The notes under the pieces are model-generated. The model was not told where the DNA came from, ran no database searches, and saw nothing but the letters and a program-made list of their open reading frames with translations. The position numbers and the translations under genes are program-made. Of a stretch of DNA of 64,000 bases, positions 17,095-25,488 are shown in pieces. Position 1 is the stretch's first letter; each line of letters opens with the position of its first letter. Source of the stretch: Erysipelotrichaceae bacterium (GTDB taxonomy: Bacteria > Bacillota_I > Bacilli_A > RFN20 > CAG-826); the NCBI GenBank assembly GCA_963588055.1, contig CAVAGB010000002.1:66527-130526 (forward strand), in the 5' to 3' direction.

Positions 17095-18627
17095 ATGGCG
17101 ATTCTCGAGCTCGACAACATCGAATTCAACTATTCGGATAAGCAACTCTATAGAGGCGTTTCGCTTCATCTGAACTTAGGTGAGCACGCTTGCTTGGTCG
17201 GGGTGAATGGAAGCGGCAAGACGACCTTGCTCTCTTTGATCGTCGGCGAGGAACGGCCCGACAAAGGGACCGTCCACTGGGACAACCACATCACCTACGC
17301 CTACCTCGATCAGCAGCTTAAGGTCAAGCAGGACATGCCCGTCTCGCAATATCTTTACGGAGTCTACCAAGACCTCTTCGACAAGGAACAGGAAATGGAA
17401 GGCCTCTATGTCAAAGCGGCATCGGGCGAAGGGGATTACGAGAAACTCCTCAACCGCGCCGAGAGAATAGGCGATGAGCTGAACCAGAAGGGTTTCTACT
17501 CTCTGCAAGAGAAAGTGGGCCGCCTCACCGACGGTCTAGGCTTCGACAAGAACGACCTCGCCAAGCCGCTTCACATCCTCTCTTCCGGGCAAAGGGAAAA
17601 AGCCTACCTCGCCAAGATGCTCCTCGAGGAGAAAGACGTCCTCATCATGGATGAGCCGACCAACTTCCTCGATCAAAGCCAAGTCGCTTGGCTAGCGAAT
17701 TATCTGAAGAATTACCCCAAGGCCTTTTTGGTAGTCTCCCATGACCAGGCTTTCCTCCGCCTGATCGCAGACGTCGTCTTCGTATTGGAAAACCAGCAGA
17801 TCACCCGCTACAAGATGGATTTCGATTCCTATCTCCTTCAGCACGAGCTGGACAAAGAGCAGTATCAGAAGAATTACGAGGCGCAGCAGCGCTACATCAA
17901 GAAAGAAGAAGCCTTCATCGCGAAGCACATCGTGCGCGCCACTTCGGCGAAGGCGGCAAAAAGCCATCGGGCGAGGCTTGCCCACCTCGATGTGATGGAA
18001 GCCCCCGGAAAAGAAGAGGGGAAGGTACATTTCTCTTTCCCCTTCACCCACGACGTCGGAGAAAAGCCCCTCATCGTCAACGAGCTGGTCATCGGATACG
18101 AAAAGCCATTGCTTGATCCGATCTCCTTCTTGCTTAAAAAAGGCGAGAAGATCGCAATCTTAGGCCAAAACGGAGTTGGAAAAACGACGTTCCTCAAAAC
18201 CATCCTCAATGTCATACCTTCCTTAGGAGGAAGCTACGCGTGGCTTGAGGGAACGAATGTGAATTACTACTCCCAGGATGAGAAGATTGATCTCTCCTTG
18301 ACGCCTTTCGAGTTCATCAAGCAATCTCATCCAGAGCTCGACAATACCAAGATAAGGACTTGCTTAGGTGCTGTAGGCGTGAGGAAAGAGCTCGCCATGC
18401 GCAAAATGAGCGAACTTTCAGGCGGGGAGGTTACGAAAGCGAGATTCGCCCTCATGACCCTCAAGAAAAGCAACTTCTTAGTCCTTGACGAGCCGACCAA
18501 CCACCTGGATCAGAAAGCCAAAGACTCCCTGTTTGAGGCGATTGAGCGCTTCCCTGGCGCAGTCATCATCGTCTCACACGAAAAAGACTTCTACGACGGT
18601 CTCGTCGATTACGAGCTCACGTTCTAA
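17095..18627 (+). CDS. ABC-F family ATPase (two fused NBDs, no TM domain)
   Basis: Start at MAILELDNIEFNY. Two Walker A motifs (GVNGSGKTT, GQNGVGKTT) and two signature motifs (LSSGQREK, LSGGEVTK) flank a charged linker. Confidence 0.85.
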   Translation: MAILELDNIEFNYSDKQLYRGVSLHLNLGEHACLVGVNGSGKTTLLSLIVGEERPDKGTVHWDNHITYAYLDQQLKVKQDMPVSQYLYGVYQDLFDKEQEMEGLYVKAASGEGDYEKLLNRAERIGDELNQKGFYSLQEKVGRLTDGLGFDKNDLAKPLHILSSGQREKAYLAKMLLEEKDVLIMDEPTNFLDQSQVAWLANYLKNYPKAFLVVSHDQAFLRLIADVVFVLENQQITRYKMDFDSYLLQHELDKEQYQKNYEAQQRYIKKEEAFIAKHIVRATSAKAAKSHRARLAHLDVMEAPGKEEGKVHFSFPFTHDVGEKPLIVNELVIGYEKPLLDPISFLLKKGEKIAILGQNGVGKTTFLKTILNVIPSLGGSYAWLEGTNVNYYSQDEKIDLSLTPFEFIKQSHPELDNTKIRTCLGAVGVRKELAMRKMSELSGGEVTKARFALMTLKKSNFLVLDEPTNHLDQKAKDSLFEAIERFPGAVIIVSHEKDFYDGLVDYELTF

Positions 18628-19151
18628 TTGAACGACTGCCTTTTCCTCAATCCGACCAAATAGAACAGCCAAGATATGCCTGGGATGGAAACCCAGTAGT
18701 TGTAAGCGCCGATATCCGCGTTGTAGATCGCTAGGGACTGGCGGTAATTCGCGTCGAGGTCATGCATCGTGGACACGTAGGAATCCTTGTCACCTTTGCT
18801 ATCCCCCCAATCGATGTTCTCCGTAAGATAGCTCAGGCGTCGATTGGCCCGTTTTAGAACGTCAATCGCATTCTCCCAATCCTTTTGGTTCGGCTTTTTC
18901 AGCTCGATCGCCTTCAAAGAAGCGATAAGCGCTTGGTCTTCCTCGTTGAATTTGTGCTTTTCTTTGATGAAGAGATCGGCCCAGGCAAGCAAGACGTCCT
19001 GCTTCTCTAGGCAAAGGATCATGAGCGCCTCGCCCCTCTTCTTGAGCCTTCTGCGGAAGGAGAGGGCGTTAGAAAGGACGAGCAGGAAAACGCTGATGTA
19101 GAAAAACAGCAGCAAGAGGATGATGAGGAGGATGATCTGATAAGGCTCCAT
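18624..19151 (-). CDS. LemA-like membrane protein
   Basis: N-terminal TM helix, then a helical domain with the YRQSLAIYNADIGAYN motif, similar to LemA. This call is weak. Confidence 0.5.
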   Translation of the reverse strand: MEPYQIILLIILLLLFFYISVFLLVLSNALSFRRRLKKRGEALMILCLEKQDVLLAWADLFIKEKHKFNEEDQALIASLKAIELKKPNQKDWENAIDVLKRANRRLSYLTENIDWGDSKGDKDSYVSTMHDLDANYRQSLAIYNADIGAYNYWVSIPGISWLFYLVGLRKRQSFN

Positions 19152-19158
19152 GAGACCT

Positions 19159-19164
19159 ATTTTA
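19159..19164 (-). promoter_or_regulatory. -10 hexamer TAAAAT, 7 nt upstream of LemA-like ATG (leaderless candidate)
   Basis: The minus strand reads gggggTAAAATaggtctcATG, with no SD. Confidence 0.35.
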
Positions 19165-19257
19165 CCCCCTTATAAGGAAGGGGAAAGGCGCAAAAACCCC
19201 TTATTTGACGATGTTGTGCGCGGATATTATCATTACGGCAAAAGAAAGAGGAATCCC

Positions 19258-20109
19258 ATGAGCAAAAAACCGATCGCCGCAATTCTCTACGATTTCGATT
19301 CCACCCTAGCCGTCACCGACATGCAGAATTTCGGCTTCATCCCCGCGATGGGTATGACCCCCGCTGAGTTTTGGGGGAAGGTAGGGGACTTCACCGATAA
19401 GACGGGCGGAGACAAAATCCTATCCTATTTATATATGATGCCCCTCATCGCCAGAGAGAAGGGCATCAAGGTGACTAGGGAATTCCTCAATGAGATGGGC
19501 AAACCGATCAAATTCTTCCCCGGCGTCTCCACTTGGTTCAAACGCATCAACGACTTTGGGGCGGAGCATGGCATCCAGATTGAGCACTACATCATCTCCT
19601 CCGGCAACAAAGAGATCATCGATGGCTGCTCCATCGCCCATGAATTCAAGATGATTTACGGCTGCGAATACATCTACGACCCGAAGACGGGCGAAGCCAT
19701 TTGGCCGAAGATGGCGGTCAATTACACCCAGAAGACGCAATACTTCTACCGCATCTCAAAAGGCGCGATCGACGTCACCGACGACAAGACCATCAACGAG
19801 AAGACGAACACCAAGCGCATCCCCACGTCTAACATGATCTACATTGGGGATGGGATGACCGACGTCCCGGCGATGATCATCGTCAAGAACTCCGGTGGCA
19901 AATCCATCGCCGTCTACCCCAAAGGAAACGAGGAGAAATCCGCGGAGCTCGTCGAAGACGGCAGGGTCAACTACTCCTGCGTCGCCGATTACACGGCCGG
20001 CAGAGACCTAGAAAGGATCCTCCATCTCATCATCGAAGGCATCTCAATCAACGAGTCCCTCCGCCATCGTGAGGAAAAGAACGTCACCCAAGAGAAGGCT
20101 AATAATTAG
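19258..20109 (+). CDS. HAD-superfamily hydrolase
   Basis: ATG at 19258 with an AAGAGGAA SD. DFDSTL motif I, ISSGN motif II and GDGMTDVP motif IV. Confidence 0.7.
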   Translation: MSKKPIAAILYDFDSTLAVTDMQNFGFIPAMGMTPAEFWGKVGDFTDKTGGDKILSYLYMMPLIAREKGIKVTREFLNEMGKPIKFFPGVSTWFKRINDFGAEHGIQIEHYIISSGNKEIIDGCSIAHEFKMIYGCEYIYDPKTGEAIWPKMAVNYTQKTQYFYRISKGAIDVTDDKTINEKTNTKRIPTSNMIYIGDGMTDVPAMIIVKNSGGKSIAVYPKGNEEKSAELVEDGRVNYSCVADYTAGRDLERILHLIIEGISINESLRHREEKNVTQEKANN

Positions 20110-20136
20110 CTTTTCGCCCGTGGTAGAATAGCGCTC

Positions 20137-20823
20137 GTGAAAAAGAGCGCTCAGATTGCCATCTTGCTATTAGGGGGCAGCGCCACCCGCTTCGGTGGGG
20201 ACACGCCCAAACAGCTGTTGCCCGTGAACGGAAAGGCGCTTTTTTGCTATCCCCTAAACGTCTTGGACTCATCCCCTGAGATCGACGAGATCGTTTTGGT
20301 CGTCCGGAAGGATCTGGAAGAGAGGGTCAAGAGGGAAGTTAGGAATGACCCCAGCAGCAAACCCCTGCATTATGTTTATAGCGGCTCTTCCCGCAGCGAG
20401 TCGGTCGAGCACGCCGTCTCCTTCCTCAAGGAAGGGGGTTTCGAAGACGATAGCATCATCCTCATCCAAGACGCCGACCGCCCTCATCTCGATGAAAGGA
20501 TGATCCAAGAAGGAATCGCCAAAGCGAAGCGAGTTGGCGCAAGCGTCACCGCTATTCCTTGCTCTGACTCCGTCTTCGTGAGTTTAGACAAAGATAGCGT
20601 CTCTTCCTATCAACCTAGGGAAACCACCTTCTTGGCGCAAACTCCCCAAACTTTCCGCCTTTCCTTGCTGAAAAAGCTGACTTTTGCGGAGATTTCGACT
20701 GACGAAGCGAGCCAAGTGCGCGCTTTAGGAAAAGAAGTCGCCATCGTGAAGGGGAGCCCCAACAACTACAAAATCAATTACCCAGAGGATCTTGAACGCT
20801 TCAAGAAGGAGGTCGAGAAATGA
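20137..20823 (+). CDS. ispD: 2-C-methyl-D-erythritol 4-phosphate cytidylyltransferase
   Basis: GTG start. LLGGSATRFGGDTPKQLL, GSSRSESV, QDADRP and AQTPQTF motifs are present. Confidence 0.75.
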   Translation: MKKSAQIAILLLGGSATRFGGDTPKQLLPVNGKALFCYPLNVLDSSPEIDEIVLVVRKDLEERVKREVRNDPSSKPLHYVYSGSSRSESVEHAVSFLKEGGFEDDSIILIQDADRPHLDERMIQEGIAKAKRVGASVTAIPCSDSVFVSLDKDSVSSYQPRETTFLAQTPQTFRLSLLKKLTFAEISTDEASQVRALGKEVAIVKGSPNNYKINYPEDLERFKKEVEK

Positions 20824-21182
20824 ATCTTCCAAAAGTGGGCGACATCGCTGAAGGGGTCGTCGTCAAAGTCTATCCTTGCTACGCGATCATGCTCTTCGAC
20901 GAAGGATGGACAGGGCTGCTCCACATAAGCGAGCTCTCCAATTCCTTCATCCACAACTTCTCGGGCTACGTCTCCGTAGGCAACATCTACACAGTGAAAG
21001 TCATCGCGGTGAACCCGGAAAGTGATAATATCCGTGTGTCGCTGAAGCAGATGAGCCCAAGCGACAGGAGGAAAGCCTTCCGAAAGAAGAGGGTAAACCC
21101 CTTGGAAGTGAATTTCTCCGCCCTGGAGGAAAAGCTTCCCGAATGGGTGAAAAGCGAAAACGCAAAGGATGAAAACCTATGA
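20820..21182 (+). CDS. small S1-domain RNA-binding protein (YabR/GSP13-like)
   Basis: GDIAEGVVVKVYPCYAIMLF...GLLHISELS...VKVIAV has the S1 OB-fold pattern. The ATGA start overlaps the ispD stop. Confidence 0.75.
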   Translation: MNLPKVGDIAEGVVVKVYPCYAIMLFDEGWTGLLHISELSNSFIHNFSGYVSVGNIYTVKVIAVNPESDNIRVSLKQMSPSDRRKAFRKKRVNPLEVNFSALEEKLPEWVKSENAKDENL

Positions 21183-22453
21183 TCAAAGTAGACACCAATA
21201 ACGCCATCATCAACATCGATTACGCTTCTTACGCGGAGCAAATCAAGAGGATCAATCAATCCATCGACAACAAGACGGGCGAAGGAAGCGATTTCCTTGG
21301 CTGGGCGAATTACCCAGAGACCTACGATAAGGAAGAATTCGCGCGCATCGAAAAAGCGGGCGAGTTCATCCAGAAGAACTGCGACGTCCTAGTCGTCTGC
21401 GGGATCGGGGGGTCTTACCTCGGCGCTAGGGCCGCGATCGAAGCCATCAACGGGCTCCTTCCCACGAACAAGGTCAAAATTATCTTCTTCGGCAACACCT
21501 TCGATTCCGATTACGGGCATCAGGTGCTCTCTTTCTTGAAAGGCAAGAAGTTCGCGATCAACGTCATCTCCAAATCAGGAACCACCACCGAGACCTCCGT
21601 CGGTTTCCGCCTCGTGAAGGAGCTGCTTGAGAAGCAAGTCGGCAAAAAGGAAGCGAGCAAATACATCTTCGCGACCACCGACAAAGCCCGCGGCGCTCTC
21701 ATCGAACTGGCAAAGAAATATGGCTATGAGCGTTTCGTCCTCCCCGATGACGTGGGCGGAAGATACAGCGTCTTCACCGCGGTCGGGCTGCTTCCGATGG
21801 CGGCCGCAGGCATCGATATCCGCGCCTTCATGGACGGGGCCCTCGCAGGCAAAAAGGAATACGACACCGATGCCCTTAATGAAGCCTATAAATACGCCGT
21901 CGCGCGCAGAACGCTTTATGTCTCGGGCAAATCCGCAGAGATGTTCGTCACCTACAAGCTCCAGCTGGTGCAGCTGACGGAATGGTGGAAGCAGCTTTAC
22001 GGAGAATCCGAGGGCAAGGACGGCAAAGGCCTTCTCCCCGACTCCGCCACCTTCACCACCGATCTCCATTCGCTGGGCCAATTCGTCCAAGACGGCTCAA
22101 AATTGCTCTTCGAGACGATTCTCAACGTCGAAAGCCCAGCGGAGGATGTCAAGATACCGCATGACGAGGACAACCTCGACGGGCTAAACTACCTTGAAGG
22201 GAAGGGCATGGACTACGTGAACAAGAAAGCCTTCGAAGGCACCTTGGACGCCCACGTCAACTCAGGCAAAGTCCCCAACATCGTGATCACCATCTCCAAG
22301 ATGGACGCCTTTAACCTAGGCCAGCTCATGTACTTCTTCATGAGAGCCTGCGCGATGAGCGCCTATCTGAACGGGGTGAACCCCTTCAATCAGCCAGGCG
22401 TGGAGATCTATAAGAAGAACATGTTCCACCTTTTGGGAAAACCTGGCTTCTAA
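21179..22453 (+). CDS. pgi: glucose-6-phosphate isomerase
   Basis: 424 aa with GIGGSYLGARA, SKSGTTTET and GGRYSVFTAVGLLP motifs. The ATGA start overlaps the S1 gene. Confidence 0.9.
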   Translation: MIKVDTNNAIINIDYASYAEQIKRINQSIDNKTGEGSDFLGWANYPETYDKEEFARIEKAGEFIQKNCDVLVVCGIGGSYLGARAAIEAINGLLPTNKVKIIFFGNTFDSDYGHQVLSFLKGKKFAINVISKSGTTTETSVGFRLVKELLEKQVGKKEASKYIFATTDKARGALIELAKKYGYERFVLPDDVGGRYSVFTAVGLLPMAAAGIDIRAFMDGALAGKKEYDTDALNEAYKYAVARRTLYVSGKSAEMFVTYKLQLVQLTEWWKQLYGESEGKDGKGLLPDSATFTTDLHSLGQFVQDGSKLLFETILNVESPAEDVKIPHDEDNLDGLNYLEGKGMDYVNKKAFEGTLDAHVNSGKVPNIVITISKMDAFNLGQLMYFFMRACAMSAYLNGVNPFNQPGVEIYKKNMFHLLGKPGF

Positions 22454-22475
22454 TCGAAAGAATTCGCTCATCGAG

Positions 22476-22501
22476 ACCCCTTGAAAAAGGGGTTTTATTT
22501 T
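22476..22501 (+). terminator. intrinsic terminator after pgi
   Basis: ACCCCTT gaaa AAGGGGT followed by TTTATTTTT. Confidence 0.7.
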
Positions 22502-22504
22502 TCG

Positions 22505-22533
22505 TTGCACTCTTGTTTTTCAGGTGATATCAT
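22505..22533 (+). promoter_or_regulatory. promoter of the Val-Tyr-Gln-Lys tRNA cluster
   Basis: TTGCAC, a 17-nt spacer ending in TGa (extended -10), then TATCAT. Confidence 0.55.
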
Positions 22534-22560
22534 ACTTGAGCGCGTTTTGAAGCGCCCCGC

Positions 22561-22635
22561 GGATGCTTAGCTCAGCGGGAGAGCATCGCCCTTACAAGGC
22601 GGGGGTCACAGGTTCGAACCCTGTAGCATCCACCA
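22561..22635 (+). tRNA. tRNA-Val (anticodon TAC), CCA encoded
   Basis: Acceptor GGATGCT/AGCATCC, anticodon loop CTTACAA, T-arm ACAGGTTCGAACCCTGT. Confidence 0.85.
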
Positions 22636-22673
22636 AATTGTTGGGGTCCAAAAACGCGTGGACGGATCTTTGT

Positions 22674-22757
22674 GGGCGAATAGCGAAGTGGCCAAACGCG
22701 GCTGACTGTAAATCAGCTCCTTCGGGTTCGGTGGTTCAAATCCATCTTCGCCCACCA
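22674..22757 (+). tRNA. tRNA-Tyr (anticodon GTA), CCA encoded
   Basis: Acceptor GGGCGAA/TTCGCCC, anticodon loop CTGTAAA, long variable arm. Confidence 0.85.
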
Positions 22758-22766
22758 CCTTTTTAT

Positions 22767-22841
22767 TGGGGTGTAGCCAAGTGGTAAGGCAAGGGACTTT
22801 GACTCCCTGATGCACTGGTCCGATCCCAGTCACCCCAGCCA
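22767..22841 (+). tRNA. tRNA-Gln (anticodon TTG), CCA encoded
   Basis: Acceptor TGGGGTG/CACCCCA, anticodon loop CTTTGAC. Confidence 0.85.
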
Positions 22842-22845
22842 CGAT

Positions 22846-22920
22846 CCTCCGCTAGCTCAGTGGTAGAGCACTTGACTTTTAATCAAGGGGTCGTGAGTTC
22901 GAGCCTCACGCGGGGGACCA
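22846..22920 (+). tRNA. tRNA-Lys (anticodon TTT), CCA encoded
   Basis: Acceptor CCTCCGC/GCGGGGG, D-arm TAGCTCAGTGGTAGAGC, anticodon loop CTTTTAA. Confidence 0.8.
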
Positions 22921-22947
22921 TCTCTTCTATTGTGAAGGGATGCGAAT

Positions 22948-22976
22948 GGGCCTAGCAATGAGCTGGGCGTTTTTTC
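22948..22976 (+). terminator. terminator after the tRNA cluster
   Basis: GGGCCTAGC aatga GCTGGGC followed by GTTTTTT. Confidence 0.5.
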
Positions 22977-23007
22977 GTATTAGGGGGTTATTCGGCCTAC
23001 TCCAAAG

Positions 23008-23016
23008 TGATAAAAT
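23008..23016 (+). promoter_or_regulatory. extended -10 (TGaTAAAAT) upstream of tRNA-Leu(TAA)
   Basis: gTGaTAAAAT lies 10 nt before the tRNA 5' end. The -35 is poor. Confidence 0.4.
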
Positions 23017-23025
23017 CCTCCACGC

Positions 23026-23112
23026 GCGGGTTTGGTGAAATGGTAGACACAAGGGACTTAAAATCCCTCGGGTGATGAGCCCATGCCGGTTCGAGTCCGG
23101 CAACCCGCACCA
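23026..23112 (+). tRNA. tRNA-Leu (anticodon TAA), CCA encoded
   Basis: Acceptor GCGGGTT/AACCCGC, anticodon loop CTTAAAA, long variable arm, T-arm GCCGGTTCGAGTCCGGC. Confidence 0.85.
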
Positions 23113-23116
23113 AATG

Positions 23117-23148
23117 CAAAAAAAACGACGCAGAAGCGCCGTTTTTTT
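23117..23148. terminator. bidirectional terminator (tRNA-Leu on + / MATE gene on -)
   Basis: AAAAAAAACGACGC agaa GCGCCGTTTTTTT, a hairpin flanked by an A-run and a T-run. Confidence 0.55.
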
Positions 23149-23168
23149 GATGTTTTGATGCTTTTAGA

Positions 23169-24575
23169 TCATTTTCCCAAAGTGAGTTCGGCCTTCTGAC
23201 TCTTCTCTTCGGTTTTGATTTTCTTGAGCTCAAGGGCGAGGAAAAGGATGGAGAAGGCGATCCCAAATAGATCCGCCACGGGGGCTGCCCAGAGAACGCC
23301 GTCCAGTTGAAGGGCGAGAGGCAGCAGGACCGTCGCGGGGACGAAGGCGATGACGTCGCGGATCAAAGAGAGGATGGTCGCCTGCGCGGGCTTGCCGATG
23401 GACTGCAGGAAGATCGAGGTGACCTTTTGGACCAGAGTGAAAATAATAAGGCAAAGGTAGATGCGCATCGCCTTCTCGCCGAACTCCATATAAAGTTCAG
23501 GCTGGGTGGAATTGGAACCGAAGATCGAAAGGATCTGCGTGGGGATCGTCTCGAATAGGATTGTGGCCACCACGCCGATCCCCAGGGTCGCGATCAGAAC
23601 ATAGCGGAGGATCTGACGGACGCGGGCATAGGATTTCGCTCCGTAGTTGTAGCCGACGATCGGCTGCGACCCGGCCGCGACGCCGACGGCGATGTTGACG
23701 AAGATCGAGAACACCTTCATAACGACGCCGATGATCGCCTGAGGGTCATTGGCCCCGTATTTGGACTGCATGCCGTATTCTGCGAGCATGTTCATCGAAA
23801 CGACGCTGATGATGACGACCGAAATCTGGGTGAGGAAGCTTGAGAAACCAAGTTTAGCAACCTCCCAAAGAAGGCGAAAATCGGGGATGAGGTCCTTCCA
23901 GGAAAGGTGGAAGGATTTGGCTCTGAAGACGTAGATGAAGCTGATGAGGAAAGAGACGACTATGCCGATGGCCGTGGCTAGCGCCGCGCCATTGAGCCCC
24001 ATGTTGAGCGGGAAGATGAAGATCGCGTCGAGGATGATGTTGAGCACGCAGCCGGAGACGTTCGAGATCATGGCGATCTTCGGAGCGCCGTCTGCGCGGA
24101 CGATCGGATTCAGGAAATTGAGCACGATAAAGAAGGGCATGCTGGCAAGAATCCAAAAGGAATATTCCTTCGCGGCGGCAAGGGATTCCGCGGTCTTCGC
24201 GCCGAAGAGGGAGAGAATCTGCTCCTGAAGGGGGAATCCCACGGCCAAGAAAATCGCTGAGATGACGATTGCGGCCAAGAAGCCGACGCCCACCGCTTTG
24301 TTGATTTTGCCGTTCTCCTTCTTGCCCATCGTGATGGACATGAAAGACGCCGTGCCATCGCCAAGCATCAAGCCGAAAGCCAAGGCGATGCAGATGATCG
24401 GATAGACGATCGTGGTTGCCGTGTTCCCGATGGCCCCAACGTTCGAATTGCCGATGAAGACCTGATCGACGATGTTGTAAAGGGCGCTGATGAGGAGCGA
24501 GGCGATGCAGGGAAGGGAGAATTTAAGCAGGAGCTTAAAAGGTTTCTCCGTTAGAAAATAAGAGTTTTGTTGCAT
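23169..24575 (-). CDS. MATE family efflux transporter (second copy)
   Basis: 468 aa with about 12 TM helices. The N-terminus is LLKFSLPCIASLLISALYNIVDQVFIG. A GGAGG SD lies upstream. Confidence 0.8.
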   Translation of the reverse strand: MQQNSYFLTEKPFKLLLKFSLPCIASLLISALYNIVDQVFIGNSNVGAIGNTATTIVYPIICIALAFGLMLGDGTASFMSITMGKKENGKINKAVGVGFLAAIVISAIFLAVGFPLQEQILSLFGAKTAESLAAAKEYSFWILASMPFFIVLNFLNPIVRADGAPKIAMISNVSGCVLNIILDAIFIFPLNMGLNGAALATAIGIVVSFLISFIYVFRAKSFHLSWKDLIPDFRLLWEVAKLGFSSFLTQISVVIISVVSMNMLAEYGMQSKYGANDPQAIIGVVMKVFSIFVNIAVGVAAGSQPIVGYNYGAKSYARVRQILRYVLIATLGIGVVATILFETIPTQILSIFGSNSTQPELYMEFGEKAMRIYLCLIIFTLVQKVTSIFLQSIGKPAQATILSLIRDVIAFVPATVLLPLALQLDGVLWAAPVADLFGIAFSILFLALELKKIKTEEKSQKAELTLGK

Positions 24576-24699
24576 GAAAAAGTTTCCTCCTAGTCACAGC
24601 TCTTTTGCGGTGTTGCTACCAAAGCGGAAACTGATTTCACTTGCGTTACAAAAGTCGATACTAATTTCGCAACGCGTGAATTTTAACCATCGCCGAAAT

Positions 24700-25317
24700 T
24701 TATTTTCTAATCTTTTTTTCGATTTTTTCCCAAGGGCAGCCTAGCTGCGAATCCACGAACTTCCGTAGCCTAAAACCGGCGAAAGTGGCGAGAGCGATCT
24801 TTAAGGCATCCCCTGGCAGAAAAGGCACGACGCATAGAAGCATCGCCTTCCCAAAATCATAGCTTCCTTGGCTGTAAATCAAGAACCAGCCGACCCCGAA
24901 GGAATAAAGCACAATCGTTCCCAAAACCATGGCCAAGGGGTAAATCCATATCTTCCTTTTCCACTTGGATACGAGCAAGGACACGATCAAGACGCAGGGC
25001 AAATAGCCGATCAGGAAGCCGCCCGTAGGCCCGGCTAGGACCTGGAATCCGCCTTGGAATTTCGAGAAGATCGGCATGCCCGCCATTCCTAGAAGCAAAT
25101 ACATGAGCACGATGGGGAGCGAGATCTTCCACGAGAAAACCGCCCCAAGGAGATAAACCATCAAAGTAGCGAGAGTGATCGAGACGGGTTCGAGGGGGAT
25201 GGAGATGGGCGAAAGCACGCACATAAGCGCCGTGAAGACGGCGATGATGCACATGACGTGCACCTTGCTCGTGGTGATCCACTTCTCCTTGCTGGGTTTG
25301 GTCTCTTTCTCCGCCAT
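24700..25317 (-). CDS. bioY: biotin transporter S-component BioY
   Basis: PISIPLEPVSITLATLMVYLLGA...GMAGMPIFSKFQGG...LAGPTGGFLIGY, typical of BioY. Confidence 0.85.
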   Translation of the reverse strand: MAEKETKPSKEKWITTSKVHVMCIIAVFTALMCVLSPISIPLEPVSITLATLMVYLLGAVFSWKISLPIVLMYLLLGMAGMPIFSKFQGGFQVLAGPTGGFLIGYLPCVLIVSLLVSKWKRKIWIYPLAMVLGTIVLYSFGVGWFLIYSQGSYDFGKAMLLCVVPFLPGDALKIALATFAGFRLRKFVDSQLGCPWEKIEKKIRK

Positions 25318-25326
25318 GACGCCAAG

Positions 25327-25332
25327 ATGATA
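25327..25332 (-). promoter_or_regulatory. -10-like hexamer TATCAT, 9 nt upstream of bioY ATG (no SD)
   Basis: The minus strand reads agagTATCATcttggcgtcATG. Confidence 0.3.
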
Positions 25333-25416
25333 CTCTTGGACGGGCTCTTAAAAAAGGACGCTCCCGCCCGCTTAAAAGAAAGCCGCGGCACAGCGCTGAG
25401 ATGTCGTTTTCGAAAA

Positions 25417-25443
25417 TTAGCACTCATCACTTGACAGTGCTAA
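25417..25443 (+). promoter_or_regulatory. CIRCE element (HrcA operator)
   Basis: TTAGCACTC-atcacttga-CAGTGCTAA compared with the consensus TTAGCACTC-N9-GAGTGCTAA gives one mismatch. Confidence 0.75.
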
Positions 25444-25458
25444 AGAAACGACTACATT
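25431..25458 (+). promoter_or_regulatory. htpG promoter overlapping CIRCE
   Basis: TTGACA (inside the CIRCE spacer and right arm), a 16-nt spacer, then TACATT. The ATG is 31 nt downstream. Confidence 0.5.
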
Positions 25459-25488
25459 ACTCCATGTGAATTCGAAAGGAACATCGAA

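Noticed and set aside
24576-24699. Guanidine (ykkC or mini-ykkC) or other riboswitch upstream of the second MATE gene
   Set aside because: No ACGR-loop hairpin pair is present, and neither are the ykkC conserved blocks. The region is only 124 nt with weak structure.
25350-25369. Hairpin GGGCGggagCGTCC plus U6 on the minus strand upstream of bioY, considered as a possible attenuator
   Set aside because: It lies upstream of the best -10 candidate for bioY. No upstream minus-strand gene would need termination there. The stem is only 5 bp.
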